64,000 bases of DNA, taken from contig CBDASZ010000001.1 in NCBI GenBank assembly GCA_965199755.1, forward strand, positions 480,001-544,000, given 5' to 3'. Shown here piece by piece: positions 20,088 to 29,899 of the stretch (position 1 is its first letter; each line of letters starts with the position of its first letter). The notes beneath the pieces are model-generated. The model had not been told where the DNA came from. It made no database searches and saw only the letters and a program-made list of their open reading frames with translations. Position numbers and translations under genes: made by a program. This DNA comes from an uncultured candidatus Porisulfidus sp. (GTDB lineage Bacteria; Pseudomonadota; Gammaproteobacteria; Poriferisulfidales; Poriferisulfidaceae).

Positions 20088-20815
20088 AAGAATTTATCTT
20101 GGAAAAACTGTCTGCCATTCAAAACGGATATAGCGTATGTGGAATAGTGGACAAGAGAGGGAGAATTTATCCGCTTGGCTCAGACACGAAGGTCATAAGC
20201 GCCATTTTCGAGATAATCGCCCGCCAAACAGTTTCCGCTTATGCGGAGGAAAATGATCTGATCCTGAAAGGGCCAGACAAGCAGAACCATTACCCGGACT
20301 TTACATTAATGCGGTCCGATGATGATCAGGAAAAGATTGCTATTGATGTAAAAACAACTTACAGGAAAGGGAGTAAATCCGAGTTCGGCTATACGCTTGG
20401 CAGCTATACCAGTTATATACACCCGCAGACGGAAGCGAAGAACATTGTTTATCCATACAGCCACTATGGACAGCATTGGGCCATTGGGTTTGTGTACAGT
20501 CGAACCGAAAGCAAGCGCGTTGCCGAGCCTCGCATTTATTCCCATAAAGAACTGGCAGACATCCAGCTTCCGTTTGATAATGTTGAAGTCTTTATGCAGG
20601 AAAAATGGAAGATTGCTGGCGATCGAGCCGGGAGCGGAAACACCAGCAATATCGGAAGTATCAGAGGATTCATTGAGGACTTTGTGGAGGGAAATGGTAT
20701 TTTCGTGTCCGAGACGGAGTTCATCGAATATTGGAGAGGGTATGGTTCTACTCAAGACAAAAGGAAACTGACTTATTCCAATATTGGAGAGTACCGAGAC
20801 AAGGCTGACCTATGA
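20084..20815 (+). CDS. EcoRV-like type II restriction endonuclease
   Basis: IYPLGSDTKV, QNHYPDFTL, KIAIDVKTTY (PD..DxK) and AGSGNTSNIGSI recognition loop, matching EcoRV as recalled. Confidence 0.9.
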   Translation: MKEFILEKLSAIQNGYSVCGIVDKRGRIYPLGSDTKVISAIFEIIARQTVSAYAEENDLILKGPDKQNHYPDFTLMRSDDDQEKIAIDVKTTYRKGSKSEFGYTLGSYTSYIHPQTEAKNIVYPYSHYGQHWAIGFVYSRTESKRVAEPRIYSHKELADIQLPFDNVEVFMQEKWKIAGDRAGSGNTSNIGSIRGFIEDFVEGNGIFVSETEFIEYWRGYGSTQDKRKLTYSNIGEYRDKADL

Positions 20816-20867
20816 GTAGTGTTAACATATTGGTCCACTTTTACTGTTTTGTCTGGCGAGGAGACCG

Positions 20868-21122
20868 ATGACTAAACTTTCTAAAAAAGAGCAACTTGAA
20901 AAGAACTATGAAGCGTACCAGAAACTGAAGGACAAGCTCGAACAAGAGCATCTCGGACGTGTTGCGTTGCTCCACAATGAAGAACTTGTCGCCATTTATA
21001 ACGATGAGGGTGATGCTTATGATATTGGCTGCGAAAAGTTTGGACTTGGCGGTTTTTACTTGGCAACCATTGGAGAAAAGCCCATACCTTTAGGTTGGCA
21101 GGGATACCTTATGTTCCCATGA
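20868..21122 (+). CDS. Small hypothetical protein (DUF5678-like)
   Basis: 84 aa with RBS GAGGAG; NYEAY..L...HLGRVALLHNEELVAIYND..DAY pattern. Confidence 0.6.
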   Translation: MTKLSKKEQLEKNYEAYQKLKDKLEQEHLGRVALLHNEELVAIYNDEGDAYDIGCEKFGLGGFYLATIGEKPIPLGWQGYLMFP

Positions 21123-21439
21123 ACATCGAACAGACCATCACGGACAAACTCAGCGAAGCGCTGACCCCAGCGTATTTAAGTGTTGAGGATGAGAGCTATA
21201 TGCACAGTTCTGGTCCCGGAGCGCAGTCGCATTTCAAGGTGATTGTGGCGAGCGCCGAGTTTGCGGGCAAATCTCTGGTAGACCGCCACCGCATCGTCAA
21301 CCGCATTCTGGCGCAGGAACTGGCCGGTCCGGTACATGCGCTGGCACTGCACACGCACAGTGATGAAGAATGGGAAGCGACGCCGGATGTACTGGACAGT
21401 CCACCGTGTCGCAGCGGCTCCAAGGCGGCGTTTGACTGA
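21119..21439 (+). CDS. bolA: BolA family protein
   Basis: DESYMH, SHFKVIVAS..F.GKSLVDRHR, HALALH and SPPC. Confidence 0.92.
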   Translation: MNIEQTITDKLSEALTPAYLSVEDESYMHSSGPGAQSHFKVIVASAEFAGKSLVDRHRIVNRILAQELAGPVHALALHTHSDEEWEATPDVLDSPPCRSGSKAAFD

Positions 21440-21443
21440 ACTA

Positions 21444-21710
21444 CTATCCGCGCATGCGGTGCCCGAAAGTGGGTTCCAGAACTTCAATTTCGTAGCTAAA
21501 TTCAGGGTCCAAAGCGAACCAGTCACCGGCGGCTACCGTGACAGGTTCATCATTGCCTGAGCGAATACTGAGCCGTCCTTCCAGCAAATAATATTGCTCG
21601 TGTATCCCTTGGCGCTGGATCGGGCCGGAATCAAAACTGAACTCCGGCCAATCCTCAATATCCAGCACCTCCATTTTGCTAGGTGACATGCGCAGTTCGT
21701 AGCGAAGCAT
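21444..21710 (-). CDS. Small cupin-domain protein (DUF861/EutQ-like)
   Basis: IEDWP, EQYYLLEGRLSI and VAAGDWF. Confidence 0.7.
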   Translation of the reverse strand: MLRYELRMSPSKMEVLDIEDWPEFSFDSGPIQRQGIHEQYYLLEGRLSIRSGNDEPVTVAAGDWFALDPEFSYEIEVLEPTFGHRMRG

Positions 21711-21727
21711 CCTGCTCTCCTCAATGA

Positions 21728-23107
21728 TTATGCTGTCGGCAGAACCTTATCAGGGTTCAGGATCCCGTCAGGGTCAAAATCGCGTTTGATAGCGTGCATG
21801 AGATGCAGGGCTGCCGGCTCCAGTTCGCGCGTGATGTGGTCGCGTTTGGCCAGACCGACACCATGCTCGCCGGAAAGCGTGCCGTTGAGTTCAATGACGG
21901 CATCGAATACTTGATGCAGACATTCCTGAGCGGTAGCGCGCTGCGCCTCCGTGTCGTCAGGCAGCAAGTTGACATGCAAGTTGCCGGATCCGGCGTGTCC
22001 GAAACAGACGATGGGAAACGGGAACTGCGTGCGGAGATCGGCGATGCGTGCGAGTAGTTCTCCTAGTCGCTCCACTGGCACCACCACATCCTCATTGATT
22101 TTGTCGGGGGCAATCCGTCTCAGGGCGGGTGAAAGCGTTTTGCGCGCTTGCCACAAAGCCTTGCGCGCCTGCGCGTCGTGTGCGATTTGAATATCGAGGG
22201 CGTTGTTTTTTCCGGCTGCTGCCACCATGGCATCACTCAGGCGCGGCACTTCCTCTTTTGCTCCATCGACCTCGATTAGCAACAGTGCCTGTGCTGAATC
22301 CGGCAGCGACACAGAGCCATCTTCGCGTAGCAAGTCCAGACAGGCGGCATCCATAAACTCCAGCATGCACGGCAGTGTGGGCTGCGCAAGCAACCGGCAT
22401 ACGGCGGCCATCGCGTCGCTAGCATTATCGTAGAGTGCACGTATGGTGGCTTGTGCTTCTGGAAGCGGGCGCAGCAGCAGAGTCGCTTCAATGAATATGG
22501 CCAAGGTTCCTTCCGAGCCGATCAGCAAGCGCAGCAGATCCAGCCCGACCACGCCCTTGCGCGTCAGGGTTCCGGTGGTGATGATCTCGCCGCTGCCGGT
22601 GACGGCCCGCAGGCGCAGCGTGTTGTCTCGGCAGGTGCCGTATTTGATCGCGCGCGGCCCGGCCGCGTTACAGGCGAGATTGCCACCGACTGTACAAAAC
22701 GGAGCACTGGAGGGGTCCGGGGCCCAAAACAGTTGGTGTTTGGCCGCTTCATTCTGCAGCTGCTGATTAATCAGTCCCGGCTGCACACGCGCTGTCTGCG
22801 CTTCGGGGTCAATCTCAAGTAACTGATTCATGCGTTCAGTTGAAAGCACGATGCCGCCGTGTGTAGGAACGCCGGCTCCAGTGGTATTGGTGCCCAGACC
22901 TCGTGAAGTCAGGGGGATGTGATGCTTGCGGCAGAAGCCGACCAGTTCCTGAATTTGTTTCTCTTCCCGTGCGAATACCACGGCTTCGGGAGGGTGGTGC
23001 CGGCGGCTGTTGTCGTAGCCGTACGTCCAGCAATCGGCAGGGTCGTCAAGCAGGTCCTCGGAATCAATCAGTTGCCGGAGGGCTGCCAGCCAGACTGGCT
23101 CATCCAT
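21728..23107 (-). CDS. FAD-linked oxidase, GlcD/D-2-hydroxyacid dehydrogenase family
   Basis: PDPSS, GGNLACNAAG, GSEGTL, GHAGSGNLH and SGEHGVG motifs. Confidence 0.93.
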   Translation of the reverse strand: MDEPVWLAALRQLIDSEDLLDDPADCWTYGYDNSRRHHPPEAVVFAREEKQIQELVGFCRKHHIPLTSRGLGTNTTGAGVPTHGGIVLSTERMNQLLEIDPEAQTARVQPGLINQQLQNEAAKHQLFWAPDPSSAPFCTVGGNLACNAAGPRAIKYGTCRDNTLRLRAVTGSGEIITTGTLTRKGVVGLDLLRLLIGSEGTLAIFIEATLLLRPLPEAQATIRALYDNASDAMAAVCRLLAQPTLPCMLEFMDAACLDLLREDGSVSLPDSAQALLLIEVDGAKEEVPRLSDAMVAAAGKNNALDIQIAHDAQARKALWQARKTLSPALRRIAPDKINEDVVVPVERLGELLARIADLRTQFPFPIVCFGHAGSGNLHVNLLPDDTEAQRATAQECLHQVFDAVIELNGTLSGEHGVGLAKRDHITRELEPAALHLMHAIKRDFDPDGILNPDKVLPTA

Positions 23108-23684
23108 TGGCGGCCTGTTCGATCAACTCACAGAGGCTGTGCAGAATCAGGATATGCACTTCCTGAATGCGGGCGGTGGAATCCGCCGGCACTCGCAATT
23201 CGATATCCGCATCACCCAGTGCTGTGGCCATGGCACCGCCGTCACGTCCGGTCAGCGCCACGATCTGCATCTGTTGTGCCCGTGCGACTTCCATGGCGGC
23301 CAGCACATTGGCGGAGTTGCCACTGGTGCTGATGGCGAGAAGCCAGTCGCCAGAGCGGCCAAGCGCCTCGACCTGACGCGCGAAGATTCGCTCGAACCCG
23401 TAATCGTTGCTCAGTGCGGTGAGCGCGGAAGTATCGGTTGTGAGTGCGATCGCCGCCATCGCCGAGCGTTCGCGTTCAAAGCGTCCGACCAGTTCGGCTG
23501 CGAAGTGCTGCGCGTCGGCCGCGGAGCCGCCGTTGCCGCAGACCAGTACCTTGTATCCGGCTTTGATGTCTTGCGCCATGCGTGCTCCCGCCTCGGCAAT
23601 GTGCTCAGGCAGGCTTTGTGCGGCAGTGCGCACAATGTCCAGATGCGCTTCAAACAGTTGCGCCACGCGCGCTGAGTCAGACAT
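23100..23684 (-). CDS. gmhA: Phosphoheptose isomerase (GmhA/DiaA SIS family)
   Basis: CGNGGSAADAQHFAAEL, STSGNS and TARIQEVH motifs. Confidence 0.9.
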   Translation of the reverse strand: MSDSARVAQLFEAHLDIVRTAAQSLPEHIAEAGARMAQDIKAGYKVLVCGNGGSAADAQHFAAELVGRFERERSAMAAIALTTDTSALTALSNDYGFERIFARQVEALGRSGDWLLAISTSGNSANVLAAMEVARAQQMQIVALTGRDGGAMATALGDADIELRVPADSTARIQEVHILILHSLCELIEQAANG

Positions 23685-23686
23685 AA

Positions 23687-24517
23687 TCAGGCCAGTTCCG
23701 CCGCGCGCCATAAAAACCAGCCGCCGACACCCACCAGACCGAGGCCGGTCAGGCCGCGAAACAGCGGTGAGGGGCCGGGGACGGTTTTCTCAAGAAGAAC
23801 GAATAGGGTGAGTGCCGCTACCCACAACATGTTCATCATGCCGAGCGCGAACAGCACCAGCATTAACGCCCAGCAACAGCCCACGCAGAACAATCCGTTT
23901 TCCGCGCCCATGCGCCAGGCACCGAAATTACCGCTATGCCAATGCGCCATCAGAAACTGCAGCGGTGAGCGGCACTGGTTCAGGCAGGCATCTTTCCACG
24001 GAGTCCATTGATAGACGCCGGCAATCACGACCAACACGCCGCTGAACAGAAAACTTCGACTGTTCATCATCGGATCCAGTATGCCCCAGAAATGCAGCGG
24101 CCATTGCACCAGTGTCACCAGCGCCGAGAATGCGGCCCAAGCCGCCAAATAGCCCAGCAGGAACAAGGCCCACGACAGGATCGGACGAGTGATCGAGACA
24201 TGCTTGCGCGAGACCGTGTGATACATCCGTACGGTCGGCAGGGCGCTCGGCGTCATCATCGCCACCATCATCACCGTCCACATCACGAACAGCATCCAGA
24301 AGTCGTGACTGCTCCAGAGGCTGTGTGCTGCGGGCGGCATCCATGCCGAGAAGGCACCCCCGCTCATCATCTGGCGCATTTCCCAGTCCATAAGCAGCAT
24401 CCAGCCCCAACAGCCAACGGCGACCGCAAGCAAGGACGCAGTCAAAACCACCCGCTCAGGCATCGGCAAGGGGCCGAAGTTTTGATGGGGCGCGGATGAG
24501 GTGGAGAAAAGTGGCAT
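23687..24517 (-). CDS. DUF2182 family predicted metal-binding membrane protein
   Basis: MWTVMMVAMMTPS, YQWTPWKDACL..CRSP and CVGCCWALM..LFALGMMN; start uncertain. Confidence 0.85.
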   Translation of the reverse strand: MPLFSTSSAPHQNFGPLPMPERVVLTASLLAVAVGCWGWMLLMDWEMRQMMSGGAFSAWMPPAAHSLWSSHDFWMLFVMWTVMMVAMMTPSALPTVRMYHTVSRKHVSITRPILSWALFLLGYLAAWAAFSALVTLVQWPLHFWGILDPMMNSRSFLFSGVLVVIAGVYQWTPWKDACLNQCRSPLQFLMAHWHSGNFGAWRMGAENGLFCVGCCWALMLVLFALGMMNMLWVAALTLFVLLEKTVPGPSPLFRGLTGLGLVGVGGWFLWRAAELA

Positions 24518-24648
24518 CAGCACTAAAACAAGCCGTTCAATATTATAGTAATTGCGTGCCATACACAGGGTTTGTCGGGGAAAATACGGCTGTTCCCAAG
24601 TGCGGCTTATGTAAGATAGTTCGACCAAATTGATGTTTTGAGAAGGCC

Positions 24649-25683
24649 ATGATTCAGGCAGCCATAGTGGGCGCGACGGGCTATACCGGCGTGGAATTGC
24701 TGCGTCTGCTCGACGCGCATCCGCAGGTGGAAGTAGTGGCCGTCAGTTCGGATTCGCAAGCCGGACAACGGGTCACGGACATTCATCCGCATCTGCGTCC
24801 GACTCTTGATTTGCGCTATGTGGCGCATGAGCAGATCTATGTGCAAGCGTGTTCGGTGATGTTTTTCGCGGCACCGAATGGCACCGCCATGACGCAGACT
24901 CCAGCGCTACTGGAGCGTGGCTGCAAGGTCATTGATCTGGCGGCGGATTTTCGCTTGCGCGACCCGGACGTGTGGGCGCAGTACTACGGTATGGCGCATG
25001 CCTGCCCTGAATTGCTGCAGCAGGCGGTGTATGGGCTGCCGGAGCTGTATCGAAAGGATATTCAGGAGGCATCGCTTGTCGCCAATCCCGGCTGCTACCC
25101 CACGGCAACGATTCTGGGGCTTTTGCCGTTGCTGGAAACAGGTGTGGCAGACCTCCATCGCCTGATCGCTGACGCGACGTCGGGTATCAGCGGTGCCGGA
25201 CGCACGGCAAGCACCCCGCTGTTGATGAGCGAAGCTGCGGAAAACTTTCGCGCCTACGGCATTCACCAGCATCGGCACACACCGGAAATCTCGCAGATTT
25301 TGAGTCAGGTTGCGGGCGAGGAGGTCGCGCTGACGTTCACGCCGCATGTCGCGCCGATGTCGCGCGGGATACTGGCGACGCTGTATGCCTGGACCGAACT
25401 CTCTGCTAAGGCGGCGCAGGAGTTGTATGCGCAGCATTATGCGGGTGAGCCTTTCGTGAACGTAATGCCGGCGGGGAGCTTGCCGCAGACCAAGAGCACG
25501 CGCGGCTCGAACCTGTGCCGGATCGCCGTGCATCCGGGAGCGACACCAGCGGCCCCTCTGATCGTCGTATCTGTGATTGACAATCTTGTCAAGGGTGCCG
25601 CGGGACAAGCGGTGCAAAACATGAATCTGATGTTTGGGTTGGACGAACAGGCAGGTCTGTCGCAGACGGCGTTGCCCGCATGA
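24649..25683 (+). CDS. argC: N-acetyl-gamma-glutamyl-phosphate reductase
   Basis: GATGYTG, ANPGCYPT and DNLVKGAAGQAVQNMN motifs. Confidence 0.98.
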   Translation: MIQAAIVGATGYTGVELLRLLDAHPQVEVVAVSSDSQAGQRVTDIHPHLRPTLDLRYVAHEQIYVQACSVMFFAAPNGTAMTQTPALLERGCKVIDLAADFRLRDPDVWAQYYGMAHACPELLQQAVYGLPELYRKDIQEASLVANPGCYPTATILGLLPLLETGVADLHRLIADATSGISGAGRTASTPLLMSEAAENFRAYGIHQHRHTPEISQILSQVAGEEVALTFTPHVAPMSRGILATLYAWTELSAKAAQELYAQHYAGEPFVNVMPAGSLPQTKSTRGSNLCRIAVHPGATPAAPLIVVSVIDNLVKGAAGQAVQNMNLMFGLDEQAGLSQTALPA

Positions 25684-26378
25684 AACTTCCGCAGTTGCAG
25701 CCCCGCGCCCCGTGGGTGCTCTGGGGAGTGCTGATAGTGGCGGCTGTCGCATCAGGCTTTTATCTCGGCAATTACAGTCTGCATCGCCAGTTGGGGGAGA
25801 TGCAGGCATCGCATCTCCTGTTGCGTGAAGAAGTGAGCGAATTGCTGCAGCACAAGGAGCAGTTGCTCGGGCGGCAGGTGGAAGAAGAGCGGCAACTACA
25901 GGTGATGCACCAGGCGATGCGCCATTTGCAGGAGATGCTGCTGAAGCGCGAGGCGGAGTTGCAGGAAGTGCGCAGCGATGTGGACCTGTATCGTAAGTTG
26001 ATGCAGTCTGATATCAAGCAGGAAGTGGAGATTCATGCGCTGCGGCTGAAACCGGGAGAGGCCAGTGGCAGCTGGAACTATCAGCTGGTGCTGTACCAAA
26101 AGCAGTCAGACAAGCAAGTTCAGGGACAGTACGATCTGGTGTTTTATGGCCGTCAGGAAGACCGCGAGGTACAGCATCGCTTGTCTGAATTGATCCCGCA
26201 GCAGGAGGCGCGTGAGTTTTCGTTTCGTTATTTTGAGCGTCTGGGCGGGACGTTTTCATTGCCGTCCGGGCTGGAAGTCCGCAGTCTCGAAGTGGAGGTG
26301 AGTCCGATCGGAAAACGGATCAAACCCATGCGGCGGCTGTTCGAGTGGCGTAAATTACTCGCGAAAGCGGCTTCCTGA
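25680..26378 (+). CDS. DUF6776-like membrane-anchored coiled-coil protein
   Basis: TM, coiled coil, FSFRYFERLGG; commonly found next to argC. Confidence 0.65.
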   Translation: MKLPQLQPRAPWVLWGVLIVAAVASGFYLGNYSLHRQLGEMQASHLLLREEVSELLQHKEQLLGRQVEEERQLQVMHQAMRHLQEMLLKREAELQEVRSDVDLYRKLMQSDIKQEVEIHALRLKPGEASGSWNYQLVLYQKQSDKQVQGQYDLVFYGRQEDREVQHRLSELIPQQEAREFSFRYFERLGGTFSLPSGLEVRSLEVEVSPIGKRIKPMRRLFEWRKLLAKAAS

Positions 26379-26519
26379 GTGGTGCCTGCGGTATAATTTC
26401 GCCTCTTGAATCCCGCTGTCTGTGCTTTTGCTGGCGCGGTTCCGAAATCGCGTCTTCGACAGCCGCAATCCGGGCCGGTGTCGTATTTGGGGCATGGAGG
26501 CCGGAGGAATGGACGTTGC

Positions 26520-26605
26520 GCGAAAGTGGCGGAACTGGTAGACGCGCTGGCTTTAGGTGCCAGTGGGATTATCCCGTGAGAGTTCGAGTCTCTCCTTTCG
26601 CACCA
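26520..26605 (+). tRNA. tRNA-Leu(TAG)
   Basis: GCGAAAG/CTTTCGC acceptor stem, CTGGC-TTTAGGT-GCCAG anticodon arm, long variable arm, GTTCGAG, CCA end. Confidence 0.96.
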
Positions 26606-26627
26606 CTGACGCAAAACAGGATCTCCA

Positions 26628-27935
26628 ATGGAAGTCACACTGGAAGAAAACGATACGATCTCGCGCACTCTGACCGTCACAGTGCCGCAGGAGCAGTATG
26701 CGCAGAAGCTTGACGCGCGTTTGCGTCATCTGGCCCGTACCGTGCGTATGGATGGCTTTCGTCCCGGTCACGTGCCGTTACAGATCGTGCGCCAAAGGTA
26801 TTTGCAGGAAGCGCAAGAATCCGTGGTCTCGAAACTGGTGGAATCCTCATTGCAGGAGGCGCTGGTGGAAAAGCAGTTGCAACCGGTGGTGAACCCGAAG
26901 ATTAATGTGGATTCCGTAGGTGAGGACGCGCCGTTGCGCTACCGTGCGGAGTTTGATGTGTTTCCGACGGTGACCGAGGAGCAGATCCAGTCTCTGTCCT
27001 TGACGGACTGGCAGGTGACGATCTCAGATTCAGATGTGGAGGCGGGGGTCGATCATTTGCGCGAAAACCTGACCGAATGGAATGTGGTGGAGCGCCCGCT
27101 CGTCGCTGGAGATCAGGCCATTGTGAAACTGGAGGCGGGGTCGGAAGAGGTGGCTGTGGCGGAGATCAGCGAATCCAGTCAGGAATTGGCGCTAATACTG
27201 AAGCCGGGGACGTTGCTGGAAGAGTTGCATGGCGACTTGCTTGGGATGAGCGCGACGGAAGAAAAACTGGTGCGTGTGACGTTCCAGCCACGCGATGAGC
27301 AGACGCAAACCGAGCAAAGCAGTTACTTTCGGGTGCTCGTCACCAAAGTTCGCGAGCCGCATAAGCCGGCGATGGACGATCCGAGGCTGCTGCAATATTT
27401 TGCTTGCGAGAATGCTGAGGGGCTGCTTGCTCAAGTGCGGCAGCATATGGGATATCGCAACGACGACATGTTGCGTACCCGCTATCGGATGGATATTGTC
27501 TCCAGGCTTTTCGCGCCAGACTCCGGGCGATTGGAATTACCCACGTCTCTGGCGGCTTGGTGTCTGGAGGTACGATTGCGGGAGGCCGGTTTGGAAGAAG
27601 TTCCCGAAGAAGGCCATCCTATGCACAGTGAGGCGCTGTCCGATGCCGCTCAGATTACGGCGTATCAGGTGCTGTCGGCGTTAGCCAATGTAGAGCCGAC
27701 TGATGAGGATCGCACCCAGATTGAGAATGCGTTCGTCGGACAATACCGCGATGAGAATGAGGCGCGCGAGCGAATTCGTAGCGACTCCCAGACGCGCGAC
27801 CATCTGGAGCGCGAGGCGACCTGGGCGGCACTGATCCGATGGGTGATGCAGCGCGCTCAGGTGCAAACAAAAAATATCAGTATGGAACAATTAAAGGACA
27901 TCAATTCGGGGCAACCGAACGAGGAGGTCCAATAA
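26628..27935 (+). CDS. tig: Trigger factor (divergent)
   Basis: GFRPGHVP ribosome-binding signature; precedes clpP. Confidence 0.9.
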   Translation: MEVTLEENDTISRTLTVTVPQEQYAQKLDARLRHLARTVRMDGFRPGHVPLQIVRQRYLQEAQESVVSKLVESSLQEALVEKQLQPVVNPKINVDSVGEDAPLRYRAEFDVFPTVTEEQIQSLSLTDWQVTISDSDVEAGVDHLRENLTEWNVVERPLVAGDQAIVKLEAGSEEVAVAEISESSQELALILKPGTLLEELHGDLLGMSATEEKLVRVTFQPRDEQTQTEQSSYFRVLVTKVREPHKPAMDDPRLLQYFACENAEGLLAQVRQHMGYRNDDMLRTRYRMDIVSRLFAPDSGRLELPTSLAAWCLEVRLREAGLEEVPEEGHPMHSEALSDAAQITAYQVLSALANVEPTDEDRTQIENAFVGQYRDENEARERIRSDSQTRDHLEREATWAALIRWVMQRAQVQTKNISMEQLKDINSGQPNEEVQ

Positions 27936-28559
27936 ATGGAGATTCAAGACCAATACATTCCCATGGTTATTGAGCAAAGCTCTCGTGGAGAGCGTGCCTA
28001 CGATATTTATTCACGCCTGCTGAAGGAGCGCGTGGTGTTTCTGGTCGGCGCGGTGGACGACCATGTGGCGAATCTGGTGCTGGCGCAAATACTGTTCCTT
28101 GAATCCGAAAACCCGGACAAGGACATTTCGCTGTACATCAATTCCCCAGGAGGCTCGGTCAGCGCCGGGCTTGCGATCTACGACACCATGCAGTTTTGCC
28201 GCCCGGACATCAGTACCTTGTGTGTCGGTCAGGCGGCCAGCATGGGCGCTTTGCTGCTGGCGGCCGGCGCGGCCGGCAAGCGCTACGCGCTGCCGCATTC
28301 GCGCATCATGATTCACCAGCCGCTCGGCGGTTTCGAGGGGCAGGCGACGGATGTGGACATCCATGCGCGTGAAATATTGCGCGCCCGTGAGGACATCAAT
28401 GAGGTTTTGGCCCGGCATACTGGTCAAAAGGTTGATAAAATTCGCGAAGATACGGAACGCGACCACTTTATGAGCAGTGCGCGTGCGAAGGAGTACGGCA
28501 TCGTTGATCAAGTGCTGTCAACGCGCGCGGATCTGGTGGAAGGCACTGACTCCCAATAG
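27936..28559 (+). CDS. clpP: ATP-dependent Clp protease proteolytic subunit
   Basis: [21 protein letters not shown] and MIHQP motifs. Confidence 0.99.
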   Translation: MEIQDQYIPMVIEQSSRGERAYDIYSRLLKERVVFLVGAVDDHVANLVLAQILFLESENPDKDISLYINSPGGSVSAGLAIYDTMQFCRPDISTLCVGQAASMGALLLAAGAAGKRYALPHSRIMIHQPLGGFEGQATDVDIHAREILRAREDINEVLARHTGQKVDKIREDTERDHFMSSARAKEYGIVDQVLSTRADLVEGTDSQ

Positions 28560-28565
28560 GAGGCC

Positions 28566-29888
28566 ATGATGAGTACAGACTCAAAAGGAAAGAATAGGGA
28601 CAACAGCCTGTTGAGTTGTTCGTTCTGCCACAAGAGCCAGAATCAGGTGAAGCGGCTGATCGCCGGGCCGAAGGTGTACATTTGCAATGAGTGCGTGGAA
28701 GTCTGCAACGACATCATGCGCGAGGAACTCACGGAGGAGCCGGAGCAGCGAGACCACGGTCTGCCGGTGCCGGAGAGCATCTACAGCACCCTGGAAGATC
28801 ATGTGGTCGGGCAGGAACAGCCCAAAAAGGCGCTGTCGGTGGCCGTCTATAACCACTACAAGCGTTTCAAGCACAACTTCGAGAGTAAGAACGTGGACCC
28901 GGACCGCCGCTATGTTCTGGGCGAGAAGGACGATGAAGATGATGTGGAGTTGGCCAAGAGCAATATTCTGCTGATCGGCCCGACTGGTTCGGGTAAGACC
29001 TTGCTCGCAGAGACGCTGGCGCGCTGTCTGAATGTGCCATTCACCATCGCGGACGCGACCACCCTGACAGAAGCGGGATACGTTGGCGAAGACGTCGAGA
29101 ACATCATTCAGAAATTGCTGCAGAAATGCGATTATGATGTGGAAAGCGCCCAGCAGGGCATTGTCTACATTGATGAGATTGACAAGATTTCGCGCAAGTC
29201 TGACCACCCTTCTATCACGCGGGATGTGTCGGGCGAGGGCGTGCAGCAGGCGTTGCTGAAACTGATCGAAGGCACCATCGCATCGGTGCCGCCGCAAGGC
29301 GGGCGTAAGCATCCGCAGCAGGAATTCCTGCAGGTGGACACCAGCAATATCCTGTTTATTTGTGGCGGTGCGTTTGCCGGACTGGACAAAATCATTCGCG
29401 CGCGTACCGAGAAAAGTGGCATTGGCTTTGGTGCCGATGTCTACGGGTCTGAAGCGCGTCAGATCAAGGATCTTTTAGAAGATACGCAGCCGCAGGACCT
29501 GATTCAGTATGGGTTGATCCCGGAGTTCGTGGGTCGTCTGCCGGTGGTGGCGGTGCTTGAGGAACTGGATGAAGAAGTGCTGGTGCGTGTTCTGACTGAG
29601 CCCAGAAATTCACTGGTGCGGCAGTACAAGAAACTGTTTGGTATGGAAAACGTCAAACTGGAGTTCCACGGCGATGCATTGCATGCGATTGCCAGCGCCG
29701 CGAAGGAGCGTCGCACGGGCGCGCGTGGCTTGCGGACGATATTGGAGAATGTGCTGCTGGATACGATGTATGACCTGCCTTCACTGGAGGGAGCCACCAA
29801 GGTGGTGATCGATGAGGCGGTGATTAATGGCGACAAGGAGCCGCTCGTAATCTACGAAGATACGGTAGAGGAGAATCGCCGCGCCTGA
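28566..29888 (+). CDS. clpX: ATP-dependent Clp protease ATPase
   Basis: CSFC zinc finger, [14 protein letters not shown] and IGF loop. Confidence 0.99.
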   Translation: MMSTDSKGKNRDNSLLSCSFCHKSQNQVKRLIAGPKVYICNECVEVCNDIMREELTEEPEQRDHGLPVPESIYSTLEDHVVGQEQPKKALSVAVYNHYKRFKHNFESKNVDPDRRYVLGEKDDEDDVELAKSNILLIGPTGSGKTLLAETLARCLNVPFTIADATTLTEAGYVGEDVENIIQKLLQKCDYDVESAQQGIVYIDEIDKISRKSDHPSITRDVSGEGVQQALLKLIEGTIASVPPQGGRKHPQQEFLQVDTSNILFICGGAFAGLDKIIRARTEKSGIGFGADVYGSEARQIKDLLEDTQPQDLIQYGLIPEFVGRLPVVAVLEELDEEVLVRVLTEPRNSLVRQYKKLFGMENVKLEFHGDALHAIASAAKERRTGARGLRTILENVLLDTMYDLPSLEGATKVVIDEAVINGDKEPLVIYEDTVEENRRA

Positions 29889-29899
29889 ATCAGGCAGAT

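Noticed and set aside
29883-29895. Palindrome GCCTGA-A-TCAGGC at the clpX stop as an insertion scar of the methyltransferase-HNH gene
   Set aside because: No matching copy seen at the other end; more likely a small hairpin between convergent genes
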